Source: Candidatus Methylomirabilota bacterium (lineage in GTDB: Bacteria; Methylomirabilota; Methylomirabilia; Rokubacteriales; CSP1-6). Taken from it: a stretch of DNA of 64,000 bases. The position numbers were made by a program, and so were the translations under genes. This document shows positions 38,481 to 47,679 of this stretch, in pieces. Position 1 is the stretch's first letter. Every line of letters starts with the position of its first letter. The stretch is from assembly GCA_035315345.1 (NCBI GenBank), contig DATFYA010000187.1, forward strand, positions 3,436 through 67,435, given 5' to 3'. Below the pieces are notes generated by a model. The model searched no databases, was not told the origin of the DNA, and saw only the letters and a list, made by a program, of their open reading frames with translations.

Positions 38481-39412
38481 AGCTTGGGCAAGACCTCCTT
38501 GGCGATTCGCTCGACCTGCTCCGGCTGATACCGGTACGGGATCAGGATAATCCGATGCACGCCGGTCCGCACGTGGGCGCGCAGCTGCTCGATGCAGTCC
38601 GCCACCGAGCCGTGGATCGCGTGATCGATGGTGGATTCGCTCCAGGCCGCGGTGTCCCACTCCGTGGAGAGCCACTTCCGCATGTCGGCGGTGGTGTCTT
38701 CTCGAGATCGGCCCACGTAGATCGCGAGCTGGTTGGTGGCGGTCAGCCGGGCCGGATCCCGTCCGGCCTCGCGCGCGAAGCCCTTCACCTTCTCCCACGA
38801 CGTGGCGAAGCTCTCCGGGGTGTAGAAGTAGGTGAGCCAGCCGTCACCCACGGTGCCGGCCCGCCGTAGCACCGCGTCCACGTAGCCGCCGACCAGCACG
38901 GGCGGGCGAGGGCGCTGCGCGGTGCGCGGCACCATGACCGCCTCGCGCAGGTTGAACTCGTCCACCTTCAGGGTCACGCGATCCTGGGTCCAGAGCCGCG
39001 TCAGGATGTCGAGGTTGCGCTCGAACTGCCGCCCGCGCTGCTTGAAGGGCACGCCGACCGCGTCGAATTCGCGCGCGTACCAGCCCGCGGCCACCCCGAG
39101 GATCAGCCGGCCCCCCGAGATCACGTCGAGGCTGCCCAGGGCCTTGGCCGCCACTACCGGGTTCCGCAGCGGCAGCACCAGCACGCCGGTGCCGAGCTTG
39201 ATCTTCCGGGTACGGGCGGCGACGGCGCCCAGCATCGTGATCGAGTCCACGATGGGAAACGAGGGCTCCACGCCGAGCAGCACGTGGTCCCAGGCCCAGA
39301 GCGACTCGAAGCCGAGCGCTTCGGCGCGCTCCGAGTAGGCGTAGAGGGCCTGGATATCGGGCACCTCGCCGGGTCCCACGAAGTTGCGAATCGCCAGACC
39401 GAAGTCGGTCAT
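38477..39412 (-). CDS. LLM-class F420-dependent oxidoreductase
   Basis: MTDFGLAIRNFVGPGEVPDIQALYAYSERAEALGFESLWAWDHV..., 311 aa LLM fold. Confidence 0.8.
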   Translation of the reverse strand: MTDFGLAIRNFVGPGEVPDIQALYAYSERAEALGFESLWAWDHVLLGVEPSFPIVDSITMLGAVAARTRKIKLGTGVLVLPLRNPVVAAKALGSLDVISGGRLILGVAAGWYAREFDAVGVPFKQRGRQFERNLDILTRLWTQDRVTLKVDEFNLREAVMVPRTAQRPRPPVLVGGYVDAVLRRAGTVGDGWLTYFYTPESFATSWEKVKGFAREAGRDPARLTATNQLAIYVGRSREDTTADMRKWLSTEWDTAAWSESTIDHAIHGSVADCIEQLRAHVRTGVHRIILIPYRYQPEQVERIAKEVLPKL

Positions 39413-39493
39413 CGGGTGCGGTCCTTTCAGGGCGTTCCTGGCGGTCGACCGTTTGGTTGTTCAGGCTCTTCAGCTGCGGGGGCCCCGAAATGG

Positions 39494-39697
39494 CCCCCGC
39501 ACTCCCCCCGTCGGCGGACAATCGTTCTTGCGCCCATAGGCCCACTTGGCCGTCCGCACTCCTCCCGTCGGCGGACAATCGTTCTTGCGCCCATAGGCCC
39601 ACCGGGCCGTCCGCACTCCTCCCGTCGGCGGACAATCGTTCTTGCGCCCATAGGCCCACCTGGCCGTCCGCACTCCCCCCGTCGGCGGACAATCGTG
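39494..39697. repeat. tandem array of a 57-bp unit (about 3.5 copies, 1-2 mismatches per copy)
   Basis: Unit is CCGTCCGCACTCCTCCCGTCGGCGGACAATCGTTCTTGCGCCCATAGGCCCACNNGG. Full copies at 39550-39606 and 39607-39663, partial copies on each side. Each unit carries a GTCCGC...GCGGAC dyad. Confidence 0.7.
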
Positions 39698-39707
39698 GGG
39701 GGTGAGT

Positions 39708-40469
39708 TCATCCGATGAATTGGCGGTTGGGGTCGAGCATGCGGAGGATGGAGAGCTCCTGGTCGGTGGGGGGCTTGGTGGTGGTGAGGTCGGGGCTCAC
39801 GAGGACGTCGAATCCGGTGTTGTCGCGCACCTGCTCCAGACTGACGCCCGGGTGCAGGGCAAGCAACTGCACGCGGCGGCTCTTCGCCTCGAAGCCGAAG
39901 ATCCCGAGGGTGGTGATCAGCCGCGAGACGCCGCCGAACAGGAGGCCGTGGCGGGCGCGGGCATCGCCGCCGTCCAGGTAGCCCGGGCTCGTGACGAAGT
40001 CCACCCGCTCGGTGAACCGGCGCTTCTCGTGCACGGTGAGGATCATCACTTCGCGACAGAGCGAGATGATGTCGTTGGCGCCGCCGCTCCCGGGCAGCCG
40101 CACCTTGGGGCGCGCGTAGCCGCCGATCGCGCTGGTGTTGAGGTTGCCGTGCCGATCGATCTGAGCGCCGCCGATGAAGCCCACGTCGAAGAAGCCGCGC
40201 TGGGCGAGCAGGAACGCGTCGCTGATGCCGGGCAGCATCTGGGCGCGGTAGGCCGCGCGCATCTCGTTGGTCGAGATCGGCAGCTCGCCCGGCTTCCACA
40301 TCGGCCCGATCACGCCGCCCTCCACCATCATGGTGAGGCCGGGGGCGTGGGTGCGCTGGGCCAGCACGGAGGCCATCATCGGCGCGCCGACTCCGGTGAA
40401 CACGGTGGAGTTGTCGCGCAGCTCGCGGGCCCCCATCACGGCGAGCAGCTCGTTGGCGGTGACGCTCAT
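39708..40469 (-). CDS. CoA-transferase subunit B (3-oxoacid/glutaconate CoA-transferase family)
   Basis: MSVTANELLAVMGARELRDNSTVFTGVGAP ... SGGANDIISL, family I CoA-transferase beta subunit pattern. Confidence 0.8.
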   Translation of the reverse strand: MSVTANELLAVMGARELRDNSTVFTGVGAPMMASVLAQRTHAPGLTMMVEGGVIGPMWKPGELPISTNEMRAAYRAQMLPGISDAFLLAQRGFFDVGFIGGAQIDRHGNLNTSAIGGYARPKVRLPGSGGANDIISLCREVMILTVHEKRRFTERVDFVTSPGYLDGGDARARHGLLFGGVSRLITTLGIFGFEAKSRRVQLLALHPGVSLEQVRDNTGFDVLVSPDLTTTKPPTDQELSILRMLDPNRQFIG

Positions 40470-41428
40470 GTGGTGAGCATCCGGGCGCGCGCGGCCGCGT
40501 CGGCCATGCGGACCTCGCCGAAAAGGGCCAGATAGTCGGCGTGACCGCGGGGCGCATACACGTAGCGCTCCAGGTAGTCGGCCACGCCGGCGGCGCCGCG
40601 CTGCTGGATGCTCTCGACGTAGGAGGTGAAGTGGTCGGGCTCGGCGTCGTAGGCGCCGTAGCACTCGTGCGGGTAGGAGCCGTAGGGCACGTGGGCGAGC
40701 GCGTCCACCATGAAGCCCGGGATCACGGTGCGATCCGGATGCAGGCGGATCTCGTCCTCCGAGACGATCTCCTCGGCGGTCACCAGGACGGTCGACGCGG
40801 CGCGGGCGATGTCGGCGTCCATGTGCGGGTAGCCGTCGATCTGGCAGTTCCCGAGCCGGTCGGCGCGCTGCACATGCAGCAGGGCGACGTCAGGGAACAG
40901 GGCGGGCACCGCGTGCAGCGTGCGGCCGGTGTACGGGCATTCCACCGTTTTCGAGCCGCCCACCCCCATCAGATCCGAGCCCAGCATGGTGAGCGACGGC
41001 AGGAACGGCACGCCCATGGCGGCGGCTCGATAGCGGAGACCCAGGCCCAGGTGGCTCCATTCCTCGAACGCGATGCGCCCGGACTCCACATACTCGCGCT
41101 GGATGCGCGAGAGGCCCCACGGGAGCCCGATGCCCATCCAAGAGGTGACCAGCTTGTCCACCGCGCCCGCGACCACGCCCCACTCGCCCTCGTAGCACAT
41201 GAGGTTGCGGGAGAAGGCGAGCCGCCGGGGCCGGCGGCGCAGCAGGGCCCACACCAGCGCCAGCGGGGTGCGTGAGTAGAGGCAGCCGCCGATGGCGAGA
41301 TGGTCGCCGTCCTTGACCAGCGCCACCGCGTCCTCGAGGGGGCCGAGCTTCGGGCCGGCCGACTTGGCCTTGTCCTCGATCCGTCGCCGCGCGGCGTAGA
41401 AATCGTACTCGCGGGGGGCGATGGTCAC
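40466..41428 (-). CDS. CoA-transferase subunit A
   Basis: GTG start with GGAG 8 nt upstream. VTIAPREYDFY... LVKDGDHLAIGG alpha-subunit motif. 4-nt overlap with subunit B. Confidence 0.8.
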   Translation of the reverse strand: MTIAPREYDFYAARRRIEDKAKSAGPKLGPLEDAVALVKDGDHLAIGGCLYSRTPLALVWALLRRRPRRLAFSRNLMCYEGEWGVVAGAVDKLVTSWMGIGLPWGLSRIQREYVESGRIAFEEWSHLGLGLRYRAAAMGVPFLPSLTMLGSDLMGVGGSKTVECPYTGRTLHAVPALFPDVALLHVQRADRLGNCQIDGYPHMDADIARAASTVLVTAEEIVSEDEIRLHPDRTVIPGFMVDALAHVPYGSYPHECYGAYDAEPDHFTSYVESIQQRGAAGVADYLERYVYAPRGHADYLALFGEVRMADAAARARMLTT

Positions 41429-42483
41429 GCGAGGATCTCCCACGTCTTCTGATAGCGGTCCAGCTGCTGGACGGTGTGGGCGTCCAGGGGATGCTCGCGC
41501 TCGGGGATCTCGACGTGCTTGGTCTCGCCGCACAGCGGAGTGGTGAAGTACCGCTGGCCAGTGTCGTTGATGACGGTCAGCACCGAGGGCAGGCCGGGAT
41601 GACGGCGCGCCAGCTTCAACGCGGCGGCCACGTTGCAGCCGCTCGAGATGCCGCAGAAGATGCCTTCCTCGCGGGCCAGCCGTCGCGCGATGTCCACGCT
41701 CTCGTCCGTGGTGGTGGTGATGATCCCGGTCAGCAAGGACACGTCGAGGTTGCGCGGCACGAACCCGTCCCCGATGCCCTCGATGCCGTGATGACCCCAC
41801 GCGCGCCGGGAGAGCAATGCGCACTCCGCGGGTTCCACCGCGTAGAGCTTGACCTCGGGGTCGCGGCTGCGCAGATAGCGGCCGACGCCGGTCAGGAGGC
41901 CGCCCGAGCCCTGCGAGTCCACGAAGGCGCCGATGCGGCCCCCCGACTGCTCCCAGATCTCGGGGCCGGTGCTGAGGATGTGGGCCTCGACGTTGTCCGG
42001 GTTGTCGAACTGCCCGGGCACCCAGTACCGGCCGGGCTCGGAGTCGCGAATCTGCCGCAGACGCTCCAGTGAGAGATCCACGTCGCTCTCGCCGCCCGGC
42101 GTGAAGACGAGCTCGGCGCCGTAGGCGCGCATGATCTTCTTGCGCTCGTCGCTCATGCCCTCCGGCATCACGATCGTGCACGGATAGCCCTTGACCGCCG
42201 AGACCCAGGAGCAGGCGATGCCCGCGTTGCCGGTCGAGCACTCCAGCACGCGCACGCCCGGCTTCAGATCGCCGCGGGCCTCCGCCCGCTCGAACATGTG
42301 CAGATAGATCCGGTCCTTGAGGCTGCCCGTCGCGCCGTACCACTCGACCTTCACGTAGATCGCCGGCGCGACGTCGCGGGTGACGCGGTTGAGCCGCACC
42401 AGCGGCGTGCGTCCCACCGCGGCGGCGATGGAGGGCAGGGCCTCGCGGTAACGGTTCCACTGCGTGCCGGTCTTCGGATCCAT
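41425..42483 (-). CDS. cysteine synthase / CBS-family PLP-dependent enzyme
   Basis: GSLKDRIYLHMF PLP-lysine motif, STGNAGIACSWV, and a glycine-rich loop GSGGLLTGVG. 352 aa. Confidence 0.8.
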   Translation of the reverse strand: MDPKTGTQWNRYREALPSIAAAVGRTPLVRLNRVTRDVAPAIYVKVEWYGATGSLKDRIYLHMFERAEARGDLKPGVRVLECSTGNAGIACSWVSAVKGYPCTIVMPEGMSDERKKIMRAYGAELVFTPGGESDVDLSLERLRQIRDSEPGRYWVPGQFDNPDNVEAHILSTGPEIWEQSGGRIGAFVDSQGSGGLLTGVGRYLRSRDPEVKLYAVEPAECALLSRRAWGHHGIEGIGDGFVPRNLDVSLLTGIITTTTDESVDIARRLAREEGIFCGISSGCNVAAALKLARRHPGLPSVLTVINDTGQRYFTTPLCGETKHVEIPEREHPLDAHTVQQLDRYQKTWEILA

Positions 42484-42488
42484 GGTCG

Positions 42489-43040
42489 CTAGCCTCGCGC
42501 GGTCGGTGTCGCCACCCCGACGCCCCGCAGGAACTTGGTGAGTCGGTGCCGGCCGGAGGTGAGCGGCTCGTAGCGCGGCGGGTTGTCGGGACCGCAGCAG
42601 CCGGGCAGACACTCGATCACCGCGTCGTAGTTCGGCTGGAAAAAGGAGGGGATCGAGAGGCGCCGGTTGCCTCGTGCCGTCTCGCGGGGAGGGTTCACCA
42701 CGCGGTGCATGGTCGAGATCCAGCGGTCGTTGGTGAGATCGGCGGCGGTGGCGTCACCGCGGCTGTAGGAGAGGTTCTCGTCGCCCAGCGCGATGTAGCC
42801 GCGGCTCTGCTCGGGCGCCGGGCGCGCCACCGCCTGCTTGGGCGGGACGGGCAGGTCGAAGAAGGCGCGCGATGTCTCGAGCATGCGGGCCACGAGGCGG
42901 TCCGGCACGCGGTGGCCGACGATCGTGAAGAAGCCGATGTCGGTGCAGGCGGTGTCGATCGCGCGCGCCACCGCCGCGCGCTTTTCCGGCGCACCCTCCC
43001 CGAACGCGGTCAGGTCGATCACCGGCACGGTGGTGAGCAT
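42489..43040 (-). pseudogene. 2OG-Fe(II) oxygenase-like remnant: DIOX_N N-terminus joined to a C-terminal tail, apparently lacking the HxD core
   Basis: VPVIDLTAFGEGAPEKRAAVARAIDTACTDIGFFTIVGHRVP (N-terminal domain) is followed directly by GD..L..WTNDRWISTMHRVV and RLSIPSFF motifs. Only 183 aa, versus about 300 for family members. Confidence 0.4.
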
Positions 43041-43050
43041 CGAGAGCCGG

Positions 43051-43746
43051 CTACCGCTCGGCGCGCCGGGTGAACTCGAGCGCGTCTTGCAGCACGTGAT
43101 CGGCGTGAGCGCGGGCCAGCCGCTCGCCGCCCTCGGCGTCACCCGACCGCACCGCCTCGAAGAGGGCGTGGTGCTCGGCCACGCTCGACTCGACCCGCTC
43201 GGGCAGGTAGAGCGACCGGAGACGGAGCACCAGGATCTGCGCGTAGACGTTCTCGAGGAGCCGGGTGAGGGCCTGATTGCGGGCGGCGCGCAGGACGCAG
43301 TCGTGGAAGTCGATGGCGGCGCGCGAGTAGCCCTCCATCTCGCCGGCGGCCGCCGCGCGCTCCATCTCGGCCATCGCGGCCTCGAGGGCGGCGCGCGAGT
43401 CGCCGTCCAGATGGCGGGCGGCCTGGCGCACCGCGAGCGCTTCCAGCGCCCCGCGCACCATGAACAGATCGCGGATCTGGTCCGCGCCGTAGTTGAGGAC
43501 GAAGACGCCGTGGCGCGGCACCGTGTTCACCAGGCCCTCGCTCTCGAGGCGACGCATGGTGTCCCAGACGGGGGTGCGGCTCACGCCCAGGTCGCGGCAG
43601 ATCTGCTCGACGTTCAGCTTGGAGCCGGGCGGGAAGACCTGACTCAGGATGAGTTCGCGCACGGTGCGGTAGACCCGCTCGCCGAGGCTCTCGTGCCGCA
43701 ACCGCGCGATCGACGCGCGCGGGGCGCTCGCTCTCACCGGGGTCAT
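43051..43746 (-). CDS. GntR family transcriptional regulator (FadR/FCD subfamily)
   Basis: N-terminal wHTH (YRTVRELILSQVFPPGSKLNVEQICRDLGVSRTPVWDTMRRLESEGLV) and a C-terminal FCD-type helical domain. Confidence 0.8.
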   Translation of the reverse strand: MTPVRASAPRASIARLRHESLGERVYRTVRELILSQVFPPGSKLNVEQICRDLGVSRTPVWDTMRRLESEGLVNTVPRHGVFVLNYGADQIRDLFMVRGALEALAVRQAARHLDGDSRAALEAAMAEMERAAAAGEMEGYSRAAIDFHDCVLRAARNQALTRLLENVYAQILVLRLRSLYLPERVESSVAEHHALFEAVRSGDAEGGERLARAHADHVLQDALEFTRRAER

Positions 43747-43777
43747 GGAGCCGTATTCTTGGCGCGCCGGTGAGCGA

Positions 43778-43813
43778 TGTCAACCGGGTTTTCATTTGAC
43801 ACGTGACATGAAA
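43778..43813. promoter_or_regulatory. candidate operator dyads in the divergent GntR/livK intergenic region
   Basis: TGTCAA (43778-83) ... TTGACA (43796-801) inverted repeat. A nested imperfect palindrome TTTCATTTGACACGTGACATGAAA is centred on CACGTG. Confidence 0.3.
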
Positions 43814-43891
43814 TGTAGGATAAGGGCGCGGAAATCACCGCGGCACGGCGGTGGTGAACTCAGACCGGTGCCCGTCATAGGAGGTCCAGAC

Positions 43892-45064
43892 ATGAAGCGA
43901 GCAATCCGAGCCCTTTCCCTCGCGCTGGCGTCCGCGCTGGCGATGTGGACGCCGTCCGCGCACGCGCAGGACGCGGTGAAGATCGGCGTGATCGAGCCGC
44001 TGTCCGGCCCGGTGGCCGCCTCCGGCAACTACGTGCGCATGGGCGCCGAGATCGCGCGGGACTGGATCAACGCCAAGGGCGGCGTGCTCGGGCGCAAGAT
44101 CGACCTCCTGATCGAGGACAACAAGTCCGACCCGAAGGAAGCGGCCACCGCGGCCGAGAAGCTGATCGTGCGCGACAAGGTGCCGGTCATCATGGGCGCG
44201 TGGGGCAGCTCGATGACGCTGGCCGCGATGCCGAAGCTCGAGGAGTACGGCGTGCCGATGGTGGTGGAGACCTCGAGCGCCGCGACCATCACCAAGCGCG
44301 GCAACCCGTGGATCTTCCGCATCAGCCCGCCCAGCGAGATGGAGGCGCTCGGCCTCGAGAAGTATCTCAAGGACTTCGGCATCAAGCAGGCCGACTTCCT
44401 CGCGGTCAACACCGACTGGGGCCGCGGCTCGGTCGGCGCGTTCGGCGATCTCCTGAAGCGGTCGGGCGCCTCGGTGGGCGCGGTCGAGTACATGGACCAG
44501 GCCGCGACGGACATGAACGCGCAGATCACCAAGGTGAAGGCGGGCTCGGCCGACACGCTGTTCCTCACCACCAGCGTCGAGCAGATCACGCTCGTGCTGA
44601 AGCAGGCGCAGGAGCAGCGGCTGACCCGCAAGGTCATCACCACCGGCGGCAGCTCCTCCCCGAGCCAGCTGATCAAGCAGGCGGGCGCCGCCGCGGAGGG
44701 CAGCTACCACATCCTCTTCTTCCTGCCCTGGTTCCCGGAGGCGATGCCGGACGGCAAGCTCGCCAAGGCGTTCGTCGACGAGTGGGCCAAGCGCGGCCAT
44801 CCCTTCGAGGGCTTGACCGAGGGCTTCCGCGGCCACGACGGCGTGCTCACCGCGGTGGAGGGCATCCGGATCGCGGGCAAGGCGGAGCCGAAGGCGGTGC
44901 AGGCCGCGCTCTGGAACGTCAACGTGATGGGGCTCAACGGGCCCATCAAGTTCGAGAAGGACGGGCCGGCGGGCAAGGAGAGCGGCCAGAGCAAGCCGAG
45001 CATCTTCATCGTCCAGGTGAAGGACGGCAAGATCGCGCTGCCCGCGTTCGCGGCGAAGAAGTAG
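43892..45064 (+). CDS. livK: branched-chain amino acid ABC transporter substrate-binding protein
   Basis: AGGAGG RBS. Signal peptide MKRAIRALSLALASALAMWTPSAHA, then AVKIGVIEPLSGPVAASG, LivK/LivJ family. Confidence 0.85.
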   Translation: MKRAIRALSLALASALAMWTPSAHAQDAVKIGVIEPLSGPVAASGNYVRMGAEIARDWINAKGGVLGRKIDLLIEDNKSDPKEAATAAEKLIVRDKVPVIMGAWGSSMTLAAMPKLEEYGVPMVVETSSAATITKRGNPWIFRISPPSEMEALGLEKYLKDFGIKQADFLAVNTDWGRGSVGAFGDLLKRSGASVGAVEYMDQAATDMNAQITKVKAGSADTLFLTTSVEQITLVLKQAQEQRLTRKVITTGGSSSPSQLIKQAGAAAEGSYHILFFLPWFPEAMPDGKLAKAFVDEWAKRGHPFEGLTEGFRGHDGVLTAVEGIRIAGKAEPKAVQAALWNVNVMGLNGPIKFEKDGPAGKESGQSKPSIFIVQVKDGKIALPAFAAKK

Positions 45065-45086
45065 CGAGACCGGCGACCGCGGGCGC

Positions 45087-45959
45087 TTGGACCAGCTTCT
45101 CCAGCACCTGCTGAACGGGCTGCTGCTGGGCGCCACCTACAGCCTGCTCGGGATCGGGCTCACCCTGGTCTTCGGGTTGATGAACGTGGTGAACTTCGCC
45201 CACGGTGAGTTCTACACGCTGGGAGCGTACGCCGCATTCGCGGCCCTCACCCTGAGCTCGGTGAATTTCTTCCTGGCCATTCCCGTCGCGATCGTGGTGG
45301 GCGCGCTCGCCGGGGCGATCTGCGAGCGGTGCTTGCTGCGGCCGATGCGCGGGCAGTCCATCGACACGGTGATGCTGGTGATGATCGCGGTGTGGATCGC
45401 CATGCAGAACGCCGAGCTGCTGGGCTGGGGCGGGGTGGCCAAGAGCGTCCCGACCCCGTTTTCCACGCAGCCGCTGGTGCTGGGCGCGGTGTCGGTGGCC
45501 CCGCTGCGCGTCTTCGTGTTCGTGATCTCGGGTCTGCTCATCCTGGGCGCGCACCTGCTGCTGGCGCGCACCAAGCTCGGCCGCGCCATGCGGGCCACCT
45601 TCCAGGACCACGAGACCGCCGCGCTGATGGGGGTGAGCATCGAGCGCATCCACACCATCACCTTCGCCTTCGGCGCCGGACTGGCCGCGGCCGCGGGCGC
45701 GCTGCTCGGGCCGGTGTTCCTGCTCTATCCCTCGATGGGCGATCTGGCTTCGCTCAAGGCCTTCTCGGTGGTGATCCTGGGCGGCCTCGGTAATTTCGCG
45801 GGCGCCGCGCTCGGCGGGCTCGTGCTCGGGGTGGCCGAGGAGCTGGGGGCCGGCTACGTGTCCTCCGGCTACCGCGACGCGGTCGGCTTCCTCATGATCG
45901 TGGCGGTGCTGCTGCTGCGCCCCTCCGGCCTGTTCGCCCGCGCGGAGCGCGTGGGATGA
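45087..45959 (+). CDS. livH: branched-chain amino acid ABC transporter permease
   Basis: LIGIGLTLVFGLMNVVNFAHGEFYTLGAY, LivH pattern. Probable TTG start. Confidence 0.85.
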   Translation: MDQLLQHLLNGLLLGATYSLLGIGLTLVFGLMNVVNFAHGEFYTLGAYAAFAALTLSSVNFFLAIPVAIVVGALAGAICERCLLRPMRGQSIDTVMLVMIAVWIAMQNAELLGWGGVAKSVPTPFSTQPLVLGAVSVAPLRVFVFVISGLLILGAHLLLARTKLGRAMRATFQDHETAALMGVSIERIHTITFAFGAGLAAAAGALLGPVFLLYPSMGDLASLKAFSVVILGGLGNFAGAALGGLVLGVAEELGAGYVSSGYRDAVGFLMIVAVLLLRPSGLFARAERVG

Positions 45960-46909
45960 CCCGGGTCGGCCTGCTGCTCGGGCTGGCCGTGATCGCGACG
46001 GCGCCGCTCTGGGTGTGGAATCCGTACCAGCTGCACACGCTGATCATGGCCGGCATCTTCGCGGTGCTCGCCCTGAGCCTGAACCTGCTCCTGGGCTACA
46101 CCGGGCAACTCTCCCTCGGCCACGCCGCCTTCTTCGGCATCGGAGCCTACGCGACCGGCCTGCTCACCGTGAAGCTCGAATGGTCGCCGTGGATCGGGCT
46201 CCTCGCCTCCGCGGTGCTGCCGGCGATCGCCGGCTACGTGATCGGCCGCCTCGCGCTGAAGCTGCGCGGCGCGTACTTCGTGCTGCTCACGATCTCGTTC
46301 GCCGGCTGCGTCTCGCTGGTCAGCGTCAACTGGATGGATCTGACCAACGGTCCGCTCGGCATCCCGGGCGTGCCGCCGGTGGAGATCGCGCTGCCCGGCT
46401 TGCCCGCGCTCTCGCTGCGGACGAAAGCCGCCTACTACTACCTCGTGCTCGCCGGGGTGGCCCTCGCCTACCTGGTGTGTCTGGCCCTCATCCGGTCGCG
46501 CGTCGGCCGGGCGCTGGTGGCCCTGCGAGAGAACGAGACGCTGGCCGCCTCGGTGGGCATCGACGCCACCCACTATCTGGTGCTCGCCGCGCTCATCAGC
46601 GCGGGGATGGCCGGCTTCGCGGGCGGCCTCTACGCCCACTACACGCGCTTCGTGAGCCCCGAGGTGTTCCTGTTCACCTATACGGTGACCATGGTCATCA
46701 TGGTGGTCGCCGGGGGAAAGGGGACGCTGGCCGGGCCGGTGGTCGGCGCGGTCCTCTTCACGGTGCTGCCGGAGGCGCTCCGGGCCGCCACCTCGTGGCA
46801 GTGGCAGATGCTGCTCTACGGTGTGCTGCTGCTCGTGGTGCTCTTCTGCATGCCGGCGGGCATCGTGCCGACGCTGCGGGGGGCCCGGCTCCGCGGGAGG
46901 ACCTCGTGA
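45956..46909 (+). CDS. livM: branched-chain amino acid ABC transporter permease
   Basis: GYTGQLSLGHAAFFGIGAYATG, LivM pattern. Overlaps livH by 4 nt. Confidence 0.85.
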   Translation: MTRVGLLLGLAVIATAPLWVWNPYQLHTLIMAGIFAVLALSLNLLLGYTGQLSLGHAAFFGIGAYATGLLTVKLEWSPWIGLLASAVLPAIAGYVIGRLALKLRGAYFVLLTISFAGCVSLVSVNWMDLTNGPLGIPGVPPVEIALPGLPALSLRTKAAYYYLVLAGVALAYLVCLALIRSRVGRALVALRENETLAASVGIDATHYLVLAALISAGMAGFAGGLYAHYTRFVSPEVFLFTYTVTMVIMVVAGGKGTLAGPVVGAVLFTVLPEALRAATSWQWQMLLYGVLLLVVLFCMPAGIVPTLRGARLRGRTS

Positions 46910-47679
46910 CCACCCTCGAGGCCCGGGATCTCACCGTGCGCTTCGGCGGCGTGGCCGCGCTCGCCGGGGTGAGCTTCACGGTGGCCGCGGGCACCGTCAC
47001 GAGCCTCATCGGCCCCAATGGCGCCGGCAAGACCACCGCGTTCAACGTCATCACCGGCTTCCAGCGTCCGACCCAGGGCGTGGTGAGCCACGACGGCCAG
47101 CCGATCACCGGGTGGCGCCCGCATCGCATCGCCGCCCGCGGGCTCGTGCGCACGTTCCAGAAGACGAGCCTGTTCCCGGCCCTCACGGTGCGCGAGAACG
47201 TGCTGATCGGCCTGCACCTGCAAGGACGCGTGGGCGTGGTCGCCGCGCTCACCACCCGCAGGCGGGTGCGCGACGAGGAGCGCCGGCTCGGCGAGGAGGC
47301 CGACCGGGTGATCGACTTCGTGGGTCTCGGGGCGCGCCGCCACGAGACGGCGCCGGCCCTGTCCTACGGCGATCAGCGTCGCTTGGAGCTCGCGGTCGCG
47401 CTGGCGGCCCGGCCGCGGCTCCTCCTGCTGGACGAGCCGGCCTCGGGCATGACCGCGTCCGAGAAGCAGTCGGTGGCCGCGCTCATCGCGAAGATCCGGG
47501 AGCAGGGGATCACGGTGTTCCTGGTCGAGCACGACATGCGGCTGGTCATGGGCATCTCGGATCGCGTGCTCGTGCTGAACTACGGACGGCTCATCGCGGA
47601 TGGCGGCCCGGCGGCGGTCCAGCGCGACCCGGAGGTCATCCGCGCGTACCTCGGATCGGGGGCCCATGCTCACGCTTGA
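46906..47679 (+). CDS. livG: branched-chain amino acid ABC transporter ATP-binding protein
   Basis: GPNGAGKTT Walker A, LSYGDQRRLELAVALA, LLLDEPASGM. Confidence 0.85.
   Translation: MTTLEARDLTVRFGGVAALAGVSFTVAAGTVTSLIGPNGAGKTTAFNVITGFQRPTQGVVSHDGQPITGWRPHRIAARGLVRTFQKTSLFPALTVRENVLIGLHLQGRVGVVAALTTRRRVRDEERRLGEEADRVIDFVGLGARRHETAPALSYGDQRRLELAVALAARPRLLLLDEPASGMTASEKQSVAALIAKIREQGITVFLVEHDMRLVMGISDRVLVLNYGRLIADGGPAAVQRDPEVIRAYLGSGAHAHA

Noticed and set aside
39494-39697. Possible CRISPR array
   Set aside because: The 57-bp units are directly contiguous with no spacers, and no cas genes are nearby, so this is a plain tandem repeat.
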